A DNA stretch of 43,357 nucleotides from Nitrososphaeraceae archaeon (GCA_035639375.1 DASQYF010000008.1:1-43357), one strand, 5' to 3'; counted from the stretch's first letter, positions 18,758 to 28,578 are shown. Notes: a model not told the origin generated them from the sequence alone. Program-made: numbers and translations.

Positions 18758-19266
18758 TGTTTGTATATTATTGTAAACAATTGGCTATTGTTTCAATAAC
18801 GATAAAAGATTTTTCATGCTATATGCTAGAGAAGATAGCCGAGTTGGAATGCAAAGCAAACATCATTCTTCCCCTTTATGCAAAAATACTTATCTCCGAA
18901 ACCGGAACTATAGAGCAAATACTGAGTATATTGACTAATTCAAAAACTCAAGTAAAAATCTTAAAACAGAAAGAAAGTCCTGAGTTGATCAAACGACAGA
19001 TATTTATTATCAATAAAAAAACTGGGGAACGATTAGCATATGCAAGATCAAATATTTTTCCTACCTGTCTTCCTCAGAAAATAATAAAGAAAATAAAGGA
19101 GAGGAAGGAGGGTATAGGAAAGATTATTGTGAATTCTAAATTAGAAACCTTCCGATATATATTAAAAATCGGTTATGATTCAAAAACCAAATCAGCATTT
19201 AGAATTTACCAAATTATACATAAAGGACGTGTGGCTTTTGAAATTAAGGAGAATTTTACTATATAA
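18757..19266 (+). CDS. Chorismate-lyase-fold (UbiC/DUF98-like) protein
   Basis: ILISETGTIEQILSIL matches the UbiC 'LLxxDxSxTxxxE' region. Also R(Q)IFIINKKTGERLAYARSNIFP...GIGKII...FRIYQIIHKGRVAFEIKENF. The GTG at 18757 overlaps the previous stop by 1 nt. An alternative ATG lies at 18823. Confidence 0.6.
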   Translation: MFVYYCKQLAIVSITIKDFSCYMLEKIAELECKANIILPLYAKILISETGTIEQILSILTNSKTQVKILKQKESPELIKRQIFIINKKTGERLAYARSNIFPTCLPQKIIKKIKERKEGIGKIIVNSKLETFRYILKIGYDSKTKSAFRIYQIIHKGRVAFEIKENFTI

Positions 19267-19296
19267 ATCTAACGTCAGTAACGTATATAGAAGATT

Positions 19297-19370
19297 TGGA
19301 CCGGGTGGGATTCGAACCCACGACCTCAGCAATGCCAATGCCGTATCCTACCGGACTAGACGACCGGCCC
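19297..19370 (-). tRNA. tRNA-Ala (anticodon GGC)
   Basis: The reverse complement GGGCCGGTCGTCTAGTCCGGTAGGATACGGCATTGGCATTGCTGAGGTCGTGGGTTCGAATCCCACCCGGTCCA folds as a cloverleaf. It has a 7-bp acceptor stem with the G3:U70 Ala identity pair, a TTGGCAT anticodon loop and a GTGGG/TTCGAAT/CCCAC T-arm. No encoded CCA and no intron. Confidence 0.93.
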
Positions 19371-19461
19371 TGCATTAATCAACAGTTTTATTAGGATATT
19401 AATACCTTTAAGATAAGGTAACAATATTATAATTACCTTGATTTCTCAATAATGGTATAGA

Positions 19462-19884
19462 GTGGCGCTAGAACAGTCTATAGGAGCAATTATAAGATAT
19501 GGTACTTCTTTGGAAAATGCAGAATCTCAGTTTCTTCTCTTGAGAAATAGGAGAGGTTTCTGGGGTTTTCCACAGGGACATAAAGAAAAAGGCGAAACTG
19601 ATATACGAACCCTAATAAGAGAAGTATCTGAAGAAACAGGCATCGTCTGTTTGTATATTCAATCATATATAGGTAGAATTCATTATTCTTATTTTAAAGC
19701 AGATGGTATGAAATCAGAAAAGGAAGTCAGATTTTATTTTGCAACCACCTCTACTAGGAAGATAAAGATCTCTAAAGAACACGATGGCTATAAATGGGTA
19801 ACATTTTCAAACGCTTTATGTATTCTTAACCATCGACAGCTTAAGTCAATACTGATTAAAGGTCACAGAAAAGGTCTCTATTAA
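19462..19884 (+). CDS. Nudix hydrolase
   Basis: Nudix box GHKEKGETDIRTLIREVSEETGI (Gx5Ex7REUxEExGU). GTG start. Confidence 0.9.
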   Translation: MALEQSIGAIIRYGTSLENAESQFLLLRNRRGFWGFPQGHKEKGETDIRTLIREVSEETGIVCLYIQSYIGRIHYSYFKADGMKSEKEVRFYFATTSTRKIKISKEHDGYKWVTFSNALCILNHRQLKSILIKGHRKGLY

Positions 19885-19981
19885 TTAATTAAACGAAATA
19901 ACCCACTGACCATACTAGAATCGTTATGGTAATAGATTTATATCGAGTCTGTAGACGAATTGGATAGGATACAGAATAGAA

Positions 19982-21556
19982 ATGGCGGCTGGGAGACGTA
20001 TAGTTTTAACAGCGGACCGTAGCCTAATGACCAATTATAGAGGAAACTTCCTATATGGTTTCATTGCGTGCGGACCTTATGAGTTAGTCCCCGAATTTGT
20101 CTTCGATAAGTTATTTTGTCCGAGCGTAGAGACTGACAAAAGTACTGGAGAGATTAAGGTTGCCCAATGCGGATTAAGAAGAATCGAAGGGGCACTTTTG
20201 AAAGAATATGAACGAGAAGATATTTTCCTTGCTCATCCAGAAATGCTTGACAAATGTATAGGACCAGATACAAAGGTAGTTGGTATTAATGTAATGGATC
20301 CGCTAGGTATGGCACCAGTCACCACGACAATGTCTCCAGAAAAACTGTCTTACGTTGCTATGAAATTTAAGAAGATGTGTGCTTCAATCATACAATTAAA
20401 AAAGAAGTTTAACTTTAAAGTGGTAGTAGGTGGAAATGGTTCATGGGAATTAGCTAAGCCTGACAGAATGAAGATCCACGGAATTGATACAGTTGTGATT
20501 GGTGAGGCTGACGAACTCGCTCTAGATCTTTTTCATGATTTAGAGGCAGAGGATGCACCAGAATTACTTCACACCTTTGTTAGAAATATCGACAACATTC
20601 CTTTGATAAGAGGCCCTACTATAAATTCGTTGATCGAAGCAATGCGTGGGTGTGGAAGGGGTTGTGACTTTTGTGATGTTAACAAACGGTCAAAGAAAGA
20701 TATACCATTAGATAGATTGCAGACTGAGGCCAGGATTAATTTGAAATATGGCTTTGATTCTATTTGGCTTCAGTCAGATGAAATGCTTCTTTATGGATGT
20801 GATAACAAGAATTTTATTCCAAATTCTGATGCAATCTTGGATGTGTGGAAAGGATTAAAATCTGTGGGTGCAAATTTTGTGGGCACAACCCATATGACAT
20901 TATCAGCTGTTACGTCATCACCAAGCCTTATCAAGAGTCTCTCTGAGGTAAATAATATGGATGCGACTGGAAGGTGGCTTGCAACTAATTTAGGAGTAGA
21001 GACGGTAGCACCCAGGATGGTAAAAAAACATCTAGGCGTAAAGACAAAGCCATACCAGCCTGAGGAGTGGGGTGCCGTAGTGAGAGAGGGTTGTAAGATT
21101 CTAAACCAAAATCATTGGTTCCCTGCGCTGACGCTTATTATAGGATGGCCCGATGAAACGCCCGATGAAACACAATATACAATAGATCTAATTGAGGACT
21201 TTAGAGAAATGAATATGAGAGGTCTAGTTGCACCATTACTTTACCAAGATTTTTCAGAGAAGAATTCTATGCACTTTGGAAACTTAAATGAAGCACAATT
21301 CACTTTATTCTGGAAATGTTGGCAACATAACTTATGGGTAATCAACGATATAATTCCTATAATTATCAGAAATAAGACATATGGTCCTGCAATGAAAGTG
21401 TTCATGGCTGGATTAATAAAGGCAGGAACTTGGGCTATAATGAAATATCTGCGTGGATTATCAAAAGATCTCTTTGATGGACAACTCCCTGAAGATATTG
21501 TTGATAGGTATGCCCGACAGAGATCAGTGACAGCTCCAGTACCCCCAGGTCTCTAA
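19982..21556 (+). CDS. Radical SAM enzyme with N-terminal B12-binding-like (Rossmann) domain; substrate unknown
   Basis: CGRGCDFC is the CxxxCxxC cluster motif. Upstream VVGINVMDPLG and KVVVGGNGSWEL...VVIGEADE resemble the class-B radical SAM N-domain. 524 aa. Confidence 0.88.
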   Translation: MAAGRRIVLTADRSLMTNYRGNFLYGFIACGPYELVPEFVFDKLFCPSVETDKSTGEIKVAQCGLRRIEGALLKEYEREDIFLAHPEMLDKCIGPDTKVVGINVMDPLGMAPVTTTMSPEKLSYVAMKFKKMCASIIQLKKKFNFKVVVGGNGSWELAKPDRMKIHGIDTVVIGEADELALDLFHDLEAEDAPELLHTFVRNIDNIPLIRGPTINSLIEAMRGCGRGCDFCDVNKRSKKDIPLDRLQTEARINLKYGFDSIWLQSDEMLLYGCDNKNFIPNSDAILDVWKGLKSVGANFVGTTHMTLSAVTSSPSLIKSLSEVNNMDATGRWLATNLGVETVAPRMVKKHLGVKTKPYQPEEWGAVVREGCKILNQNHWFPALTLIIGWPDETPDETQYTIDLIEDFREMNMRGLVAPLLYQDFSEKNSMHFGNLNEAQFTLFWKCWQHNLWVINDIIPIIIRNKTYGPAMKVFMAGLIKAGTWAIMKYLRGLSKDLFDGQLPEDIVDRYARQRSVTAPVPPGL

Positions 21557-21578
21557 AAATTGTAACTTTTAATTATAT

Positions 21579-21914
21579 TTATTTTTTAGATTCTAAATAC
21601 AAAATAGCACTGTCTGCGATAGTTGCAATTTTAGGAGTCAAGATAATAAAGTAATTTTTATCAGCTCTTTCAACTGCAGGTACTATTTTGTATTTCTTAG
21701 TCGAAATATCAAACTCTATCATTCCTGGCTCCATGTCACCTTTTGTGTAAATCATCATAAGTACATCACCTGAAAGGGGTGTCAAGGGGACAATAGAAAA
21801 TACATAGCCTTTATATGAGCTGACAGGTAGAACCTGCTTCATGTACGGCGCAACAGAGACCAGGTAAAGAAAAACATCTTCTACTGTAGAGAATTCTTCA
21901 AATTCAAACTTCAT
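21579..21914 (-). CDS. Hypothetical protein
   Basis: 111-aa ORF with an ATG start, 60 nt downstream of the FNR-like gene on the same strand. No recognisable motif. Confidence 0.45.
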   Translation of the reverse strand: MKFEFEEFSTVEDVFLYLVSVAPYMKQVLPVSSYKGYVFSIVPLTPLSGDVLMMIYTKGDMEPGMIEFDISTKKYKIVPAVERADKNYFIILTPKIATIADSAILYLESKK

Positions 21915-21974
21915 ATATTAGTTGTCGATGTTTCCATGATATAAGGCTTTAAAAACTGAAAAAGCGAAGGTAAT

Positions 21975-22817
21975 TTATCCATATGATTCAAACTTTACGT
22001 CATAGCTTCCATCTTTTCTCTTATTTCGTTCAGTAACAAAACCCTTTGGAACCAAATAGTCGAGTGCGCCATCTACGGTGCCCTGCCATCCACAGACATA
22101 AAATGAAGTATTTTCTGGTGTTATCTTTTCGCCCACTAATTCTTCCAAAGGTGACCGGTCTATGCCCGGCATAGGTCTTAAGAATGATTCTACTCGTCCT
22201 TTCTGACCACTCCATGTCCTATTGAACCACTCTTGGGGCCTACTGATACTCGCTCTATACCGGAAGTTCCATTTATCTCTACCTTTATCTAAGCTCTCTT
22301 CTTCCAAATCAGTTAATAATTCCCGATAACTTAGTTCATCTACGTAACTAGCTCCATGTAAGACAATTATTTCTCGCTTACTTCCAATTGATTTTAGATG
22401 TAGAGTATATGCTATGAAAGGTGCCAGACCTGTACCTCCTCCTATTAGAACCATCCTTCTGTTATCAGGCGATCCATCGTGCATCTTTTCATTGATAGTA
22501 AATATTCCAACAGGTTTGACCCAAAAGATTTCATCCCCTTCTTTTTTATTGAACAAGTCAGTGGTTAGTCGACCTGGAACAGGTTTCCTTACCCATCTAA
22601 TGAGCAATTCAAAATGCTTTTTTTGTTCCGGAGGAGAAGCAATAGAATATGCCCTTCGTATTATTTTTCCTTCAGATGGTATATAGGTTCCCAATGTAAC
22701 GAATTGGCCGGCTTTGAAATCTGGAACGGGACCATCCGAAGGAGTTACACGGATAATAGCAAGATCTTCCTTGAGTACACGGACATAAGTGCATCTTCCT
22801 TTATTGTCAACTACCAT
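21975..22817 (-). CDS. Ferredoxin-NADP(+) reductase-type flavoprotein
   Basis: RRAYSIAS is the RxYS FAD motif. LIGGGTGLAPF is the NAD(P) GGxGxxP motif. YVCGWQG is near the C-terminus. Confidence 0.85.
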   Translation of the reverse strand: MVVDNKGRCTYVRVLKEDLAIIRVTPSDGPVPDFKAGQFVTLGTYIPSEGKIIRRAYSIASPPEQKKHFELLIRWVRKPVPGRLTTDLFNKKEGDEIFWVKPVGIFTINEKMHDGSPDNRRMVLIGGGTGLAPFIAYTLHLKSIGSKREIIVLHGASYVDELSYRELLTDLEEESLDKGRDKWNFRYRASISRPQEWFNRTWSGQKGRVESFLRPMPGIDRSPLEELVGEKITPENTSFYVCGWQGTVDGALDYLVPKGFVTERNKRKDGSYDVKFESYG

Positions 22818-23050
22818 ACAATCCTCAAATTCAATTTATGCTAAATAAATATATTGTTATCATTTGCAATAGATAATTCGATTTTTAATATTAAATCCTT
22901 TATAAATAATTGACAATATGGTTCAAAATCAAGACATTTCACGCAATTTCTCATACCTAGATCAACTTATACAAGCCAATAAATGAAAGTGCAGATAAAG
23001 AACTACATCAAATGCATTTGATAAAGCAATAAACCCTTTATAGAAATGCT

Positions 23051-23926
23051 TTATTGTTGTTGAAACACTATGCGATTTCTAATCATCCCGAGCCTTTCTA
23101 TGGAGATTTCAACAATGTCGTCATCCTTTAGATATTTTGGTTCCTTCATAGACATTGCTACCCCTGCTGGAGTACCTGTTGAAATTATATCACCAGCTTC
23201 TATCGTCATAAGCATACTTAAACTTGAAATTATTTTCTTTATAGGTATCACCATATTTACACTAGAGGAATTCTGTCGTGTCTCACCGTTAACCTTAGTA
23301 ATAATCTTCAAGTTCTGCGGATCCTCTATTTCATCTTTAGTTGTAATCCAAGGACCGCAAGGTGCAAAAGTATCAATACTCTTTCCCCGTGTAAACTGTT
23401 TGTCTTTGAACTGAATATCTCTTGCAGATACATCATGTAAAATCATATATCCAAAAATAGAATCAACCGCATGTTCTTCCGATACCTTTTTAGTATTCTT
23501 TCCTATTATAGCGGCAATTTCTGCTTCATAATCTAAACGTTTAACAAACGAAGGACAAATAATGTCACTAAAGGGAGGATTTAATGTAGTTCTTGGCTTC
23601 ATAAATATTACAGGTTCATCAGAAGGCGTTAATCCTGCGTCTCTTGCATGGTCATAATAGTTAAAAGCGAGACAAATAATCTTGGATGGATTGGGTAGAG
23701 GAGCTAATAGTCCAACATCTTCGATTCTATGGCTATATTCCAATGTTCCTCGATTATCTTTGACTTCATTTAACCAACCTTCAAACATAAATTCCTTAAT
23801 GCGAGGAGGAATAGGAATACCAGTTTGTTCTTGAATTTCGGATTTTGTGATTATTTTCTTTTCGTCATCAGAAACAATGCCATATGTCTCACCTATTGTG
23901 GCATTTTTTATTCGAGCAATCTTCAT
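23051..23926 (-). CDS. Fumarylacetoacetate hydrolase (FAH) family protein
   Basis: KIICLAFNYYDHA, PVIFMKP, DYEAEIAAIIGK, ILHDVSARDIQ, KSIDTFAPCGPWI and GDIISTGTPAGV. Confidence 0.92.
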   Translation of the reverse strand: MKIARIKNATIGETYGIVSDDEKKIITKSEIQEQTGIPIPPRIKEFMFEGWLNEVKDNRGTLEYSHRIEDVGLLAPLPNPSKIICLAFNYYDHARDAGLTPSDEPVIFMKPRTTLNPPFSDIICPSFVKRLDYEAEIAAIIGKNTKKVSEEHAVDSIFGYMILHDVSARDIQFKDKQFTRGKSIDTFAPCGPWITTKDEIEDPQNLKIITKVNGETRQNSSSVNMVIPIKKIISSLSMLMTIEAGDIISTGTPAGVAMSMKEPKYLKDDDIVEISIERLGMIRNRIVFQQQ

Positions 23927-23934
23927 TTTTTCAT

Positions 23935-25674
23935 CTACCTATGAGAGAATATAGCTGTATTATTTTCATCTAGTCTGCAGAAACCAAATCTTACAAACTG
24001 AAATATAGTTCCGTATTCGAGTGTTGACACAAATGCTTCAGCAAATCCTTCAGAGATCTTCAGACTGTCTATGTTATAGACTTCACCTATGTATAGCTGT
24101 CTTGCAATTAGAACCTTGAAAGGAACTATGTTATCGTTTGCAACCCATTGAATTTTAGGAATAGCCTGTTTTAACTGATCACCTATGGAATTTGCTATCA
24201 GTAGTTTTTTATGATCTTCTGACTTGATCTCGACTATCTTAATATTATATAACTCCATTAGTCTAATTTCGTCGCCTACATTAAGTTTGATTGCGTCTTC
24301 ATTAGAAATATAAAAGGAATTTGAAACCTTTACCTTTCGAAAGCCAAAGTCCTTATTTGGATGATTTTTCAATATTATTTCATTTGATGAATTAATATTC
24401 TTAATATGTAATTCCACAGGATCATTTACAAAAAATAACCTAATACATTGAGGATCAATAATCTTCCTGTTAAACGCTTCAAGAGCCTCAAAGGGAGGTT
24501 TTGTTTCAGCACGTGTCATACCTAAAGACAGAACAAATTGCCTTATGGCTTCAGGTAAAAAGCCTCTTTTTCTCATTGCCATTAAAGTCGGAAGGCGAGG
24601 ATCATCCCAGCTTTTTATAATACCTCCTTCTATTAGTGGTTTTATTTTCCTTTTAGAAACCGGGATTCCGTCAAACTCTAACCTTGAAAATTCGATCATG
24701 ATAGGTTTCCTAAGCCCTAGTCTATCGAGTATCGCAAAATACAGTTCATTGCGCAGTTCATATTCTTTCGTGCGCATTGCATGAGTCACACCATCAAGAC
24801 TATCTTCAATAGGTGCAGCAAAATCATAAGTGGGCCAAACTCGAATTCTATTCCCTAATTTCGGATGATTAGCTTCTAATATTCTAAAAAGTGTTGGATC
24901 TCTCATAGTAGTATTTTGGTCAGACATATCTCCTTTGAATCGGACAATTGCATCGTTTTGGCCAAAATATCCATCCAAAACTTTCCTAAATCTTTCTATA
25001 GCAACAGCTGGATCTTTTCTACACTCACAAGGGAGTCCGTTTGCTCGGAGATCATGTATCTTTCTTTGAGGACATGTACATACATAAGCTCCATCAGCCA
25101 TTATCAATTTTTTACCATATTCGTATAATAGTTGAATATCATCAGAAGTATTCTTTGTAACATTAGGCTTTACTCCAAGCCATTCTAATCCCTCATTAAT
25201 TGCTTCATAATATTCTAATTTTTCATTTACTGGATTAGTGTCGTCAAAGCGCAGAATTAATTTACCTTTATACAGACGTGCGTATTGTTCATCTATAATT
25301 GCTGCCTTGGCGTGTCCTAGATGAGGATAACCATTGGGTTCAGGAGGAAACCTTGTAACCACATTTCCCATTGTTGCGCCTTGCAGTGGTGGAAGTTGTG
25401 ATTGTCCCGCTTCGTATACTTTCTTTCTTTCCTTTAATTCTTCTGGCGCAATCTCTTCAAGAAATGCTTTTTGGTCAGCTAATGATAACGAATTAATCTT
25501 CTCTACCAATATTTTTATGTCGGGAATGACGTTTGTCAAGTCACTTCGAAGATTGGGTTTAGAAGCGGCAATTTTTGCAATGACGGTATCAACCATTGCT
25601 TTACCATCATGTTCGACAGCATTTTTTAGCGTTATGATCCTAGTAATGTTTTCTGTTTCTTCATCAAAGGACAC
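23935..25674 (-). CDS. gltX: Glutamyl-tRNA synthetase, archaeal type
   Basis: RFPPEPNGYPHLGHAKAA is the HIGH motif. PVSKRKI is the KMSKS-equivalent. 579 aa, with a C-terminal anticodon-binding beta-barrel region. Confidence 0.95.
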   Translation of the reverse strand: MSFDEETENITRIITLKNAVEHDGKAMVDTVIAKIAASKPNLRSDLTNVIPDIKILVEKINSLSLADQKAFLEEIAPEELKERKKVYEAGQSQLPPLQGATMGNVVTRFPPEPNGYPHLGHAKAAIIDEQYARLYKGKLILRFDDTNPVNEKLEYYEAINEGLEWLGVKPNVTKNTSDDIQLLYEYGKKLIMADGAYVCTCPQRKIHDLRANGLPCECRKDPAVAIERFRKVLDGYFGQNDAIVRFKGDMSDQNTTMRDPTLFRILEANHPKLGNRIRVWPTYDFAAPIEDSLDGVTHAMRTKEYELRNELYFAILDRLGLRKPIMIEFSRLEFDGIPVSKRKIKPLIEGGIIKSWDDPRLPTLMAMRKRGFLPEAIRQFVLSLGMTRAETKPPFEALEAFNRKIIDPQCIRLFFVNDPVELHIKNINSSNEIILKNHPNKDFGFRKVKVSNSFYISNEDAIKLNVGDEIRLMELYNIKIVEIKSEDHKKLLIANSIGDQLKQAIPKIQWVANDNIVPFKVLIARQLYIGEVYNIDSLKISEGFAEAFVSTLEYGTIFQFVRFGFCRLDENNTAIFSHR

Positions 25675-25678
25675 TTAT

Positions 25679-26683
25679 TTACAGGCTCCTTTCTACTATA
25701 AAATTAGCCGACGATACAAGTACCCCCTTTGCATACGAATAACTATATCGTTCAATTGATTTGATCGCTCTATCTATATGTGATTTTGCAGCTTCTTTTA
25801 CCTGTCTTTCTATCCCTATGCTTGAAATGGTCCTAACTGCTGCTTCGAGGTCAGCAGTCGACGAATTCTTTCCGAAAACTTTGAAGATTTTATTTCTCTC
25901 ATTCTCTTTCGCATTTCTGAGAGCCAGAAGAATAGGATATGTTTTTTTGCCCTCCCTAATATCATTTCCCACCGACTTTCCTGTAAGCTTTGGATCTCCT
26001 ATTATTCCTATTAAATCATCAATGAGTTGGAATGCAATTCCTACATTTTTTCCAAACGAGGATAGATTTTCTATGTCTTTATTGTCTGACTCTGCTGCTG
26101 ATAATGCGCCTAATGCACAAGAGACTTCAAATAGCGCGGCTGTTTTTTTACATATCATGTCTATATAGTGTGATTCACTAGAGAATCGTCGATTTAATGT
26201 CATGCCAACGTCAGTAGCTTGGCCTTCACAAACGTAAATACATGCATTTGAAAGCCGTGCTACCATTTCAGAAATTGCATTCTCTGAATGCCCTACTTTT
26301 CTTCCCTCTGCCACTAGTAATTTGAATGCTTTAGAAAAGAGAATGTCACCTGACAATATAGCAAGAGGTGTGCCATAATAGTTGTGGACGGTAGGAATAT
26401 TATGACGCATCTCATCATTATCCATTATATCATCATGTACCAAAGAGAAATTATGGATCATTTCTACTGCTGCGGCAGGAGGTAACGCCCTTTTTGAATT
26501 TCCGCCCAGCATCTCACACGATTTAATAGTCATGAAAGGCCGCAGCCGTTTACCTCCGCTTACAATATAATGTTCTGATGCCTCATACAGCTCTTTGGGT
26601 TCGCCTTGCAAATATGAGCGAATAAAATCAGTTATTATACTAGCATTAGATTCAAGCTCGTCTCTAATACTACTTGCTTTCAT
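25679..26683 (-). CDS. idsA: Polyprenyl (geranylgeranyl) diphosphate synthase
   Basis: First Asp-rich motif LVHDDIMDND, second FQLIDDLIG, and GKRLRP. Confidence 0.93.
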   Translation of the reverse strand: MKASSIRDELESNASIITDFIRSYLQGEPKELYEASEHYIVSGGKRLRPFMTIKSCEMLGGNSKRALPPAAAVEMIHNFSLVHDDIMDNDEMRHNIPTVHNYYGTPLAILSGDILFSKAFKLLVAEGRKVGHSENAISEMVARLSNACIYVCEGQATDVGMTLNRRFSSESHYIDMICKKTAALFEVSCALGALSAAESDNKDIENLSSFGKNVGIAFQLIDDLIGIIGDPKLTGKSVGNDIREGKKTYPILLALRNAKENERNKIFKVFGKNSSTADLEAAVRTISSIGIERQVKEAAKSHIDRAIKSIERYSYSYAKGVLVSSANFIVERSL

Positions 26684-27810
26684 CGATTGCTGACCTGATC
26701 TGCTAAAGGCCCTGTCAATATATACCTTGAGCTTTTCAACACAGAAAGATCCATTGCGCCAACAAGGAACATGGTACTCTTAAGTTCAGCTATAACAGTG
26801 TCGGCAAAATTAAATAATTGTTCTTTTGATTCTGCTGCTCTTAACAAGAAAGGATAAGCCATCGCACACATGCTCGCACCCAAGGCAATACACTTTGCAA
26901 TTTCCAGCCCATTTCGCAAACCGCCTGAGGCAATAATTGGTAATTCGACTGCTTTTTTTACTTCAATAAGACTGGCTGCTGTAGGTATTCCCCAATCCCA
27001 AAAAATTTCGCCAAGGTGAATTTTAAGATCGTTATTTAATGCCTCCGCACGCATTTTTTCGACTCCTGCCCAACTTGTTCCACCAGCTCCGGCCACATTG
27101 ATCGCAGATATGCCTGACATCTCTAGCTTAACTGCTACCTCTTTAGAGATGCCTGCACCAACTTCCTTTACAATTACAGGTACATCTATGCATTTGGAGA
27201 TTTCAGAAATCTTCGAAAAAACTCCTCTATATTTTGGTTCTCCTTCTGGTTGTATAAGTTCTTGCAATGGATTAAGGTGGATTACAAGAGCGTCGGCTTT
27301 TATCATGTCTATGATATCTTTTATATTTTCTATTGTGAGGCCCTTTGCAATCTGAGCCCCGCCAATATTTGCAACAAGAAACGCATTAGGTGCGTTTTTT
27401 CTTGCAATAGAATATGTTTCTGCCAGCTCTTTACTTTCAAGGCCGGCCCTTTGACTACCTACACCCATTGCAAGACCATATTTTTCTGCGAGATCGCCTA
27501 GCCTCCCATTTATTTTGGTTGCCTCAGGAGTACCTCCAGTCATGGAATCTATAATGATAGGTACAGAAAATCTCCGTTTTAGAAAAGTTGTCGAAATATC
27601 AATCTCATCATAGTCAAGTTCAGGTAAGGCATTATGAATAAGCCTAACATATTCCAAATAAGTAGAAGTAGTTTTAGACTGAACATTTTTTTGCAACGGT
27701 ATTTCGATACCATCTCTTTTGCGTTTTTTTATAATTTCTATACGAGATGGAACATCCGCCACATTCGGCACTTTATTTTTTACCTCCTCTTTTAATAATG
27801 GTACCTTCAA
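26680..27810 (-). CDS. fni: Type 2 (FMN-dependent) isopentenyl-diphosphate delta-isomerase
   Basis: SMTGGT, GVGSQRA, VKEVGAG, SGGLRNGLEIAKCIALGA and the KKRKRDGIEI N-region. The ATG at 27810 overlaps ipk by 38 nt. An in-frame GTG at 27771 would abut the ipk stop instead. Confidence 0.93.
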   Translation of the reverse strand: MKVPLLKEEVKNKVPNVADVPSRIEIIKKRKRDGIEIPLQKNVQSKTTSTYLEYVRLIHNALPELDYDEIDISTTFLKRRFSVPIIIDSMTGGTPEATKINGRLGDLAEKYGLAMGVGSQRAGLESKELAETYSIARKNAPNAFLVANIGGAQIAKGLTIENIKDIIDMIKADALVIHLNPLQELIQPEGEPKYRGVFSKISEISKCIDVPVIVKEVGAGISKEVAVKLEMSGISAINVAGAGGTSWAGVEKMRAEALNNDLKIHLGEIFWDWGIPTAASLIEVKKAVELPIIASGGLRNGLEIAKCIALGASMCAMAYPFLLRAAESKEQLFNFADTVIAELKSTMFLVGAMDLSVLKSSRYILTGPLADQVSNR

Positions 27811-28543
27811 AATCTGAACCGCTTAAAGCATCTATAATTCGTTCTGGCTTAAGTCCATTTATCATCAATACATCTATTCCAGAGCGTGCTATCTTAAATG
27901 CTTCTATAACCTTTCTCCGCATACCGCCTGTTACATCAGCTTCAACAGTTGACAACTCAATCGACCTATTTCTATTTGCTATCTCTTTGATAATCTCTTT
28001 GGTCTTAATGTTCTTATAGATTCCGTCGACATTCAAAGCAAAAAGGACTTTTGAAGGATGTAGAGCCTGAGCAAGGATTGTCATTATCACATCTCCAGAT
28101 AATACAGAGTACTTTGTTTTCTTAATATGAACAATATCTCCAAATGTTACAGGCATTATTCCATTTTGTGCAATACTCTTTAATTCGATAATTTTTCTTG
28201 TAATGGGTCTTTGGCCTGACATAAAAGTTGAAGGCATAAATGCGTATGCATTTATTCTTTCCTTTATCATGAACTTAACTATGATCTGGTTTAGATGTAC
28301 CATTGATTCGTGTACCATTGATATGCCATACGGATCGTAATCGTCTGGTTTTGTATGCATATCATATTTTACAGACCAGTAATGTCCAAATGAACCACCT
28401 CCATGCACAAGTATTAGTGGAATATTAAGTCTGGCAATTGCACGTACGATATTATTAATCGCTTCAAGATTGGCGGTAAGTGGCTTTTCTTTAAAGGTAA
28501 CTACTGATCCACCTAGCTTGATTAAAGCTAGCTCGTTTCGCAT
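27773..28543 (-). CDS. ipk: Isopentenyl phosphate kinase
   Basis: IKLGGSVVT and LVHGGGSFGH are the amino-acid-kinase fold motifs typical of IPK. The gene sits between mvk and idi2. Confidence 0.92.
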   Translation of the reverse strand: MRNELALIKLGGSVVTFKEKPLTANLEAINNIVRAIARLNIPLILVHGGGSFGHYWSVKYDMHTKPDDYDPYGISMVHESMVHLNQIIVKFMIKERINAYAFMPSTFMSGQRPITRKIIELKSIAQNGIMPVTFGDIVHIKKTKYSVLSGDVIMTILAQALHPSKVLFALNVDGIYKNIKTKEIIKEIANRNRSIELSTVEADVTGGMRRKVIEAFKIARSGIDVLMINGLKPERIIDALSGSDFEGTIIKRGGKK

Positions 28544-28578
28544 TTAAAAATTTCATATTTTTAAAGTAGATTTAAAGT

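Noticed and set aside
19175-19378. 67-aa plus-strand ORF.
   Set aside because: Its 3' half is simply the antisense of tRNA-Ala, and its 5' half is an alternative frame of the DUF98-like gene. Not a real CDS.
19982-21556. Firm assignment of the radical SAM protein as tetraether synthase (Tes/GDGT-MAS) or a Grs ring synthase.
   Set aside because: Only the generic radical SAM and B12-like domain features are visible. The Cys count seems low for a multi-cluster Tes-type enzyme. It is kept as a hypothesis in the findings, not as a call.
25334-26168. Long antisense ORFs inside confirmed genes. Examples: 25334-25759(+) and 25761-26168(+) opposite gltX/idsA; 30588-31022(+) opposite rps2; 32032-32457(+) opposite eno; 23070-23414(+) opposite FAH; 1297-1623(-) opposite ureC.
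   Set aside because: They lie entirely within strongly supported genes on the other strand. They have Ser/Leu/Phe/Ile-biased, motif-free sequences typical of antisense frames in AT-rich genomes.
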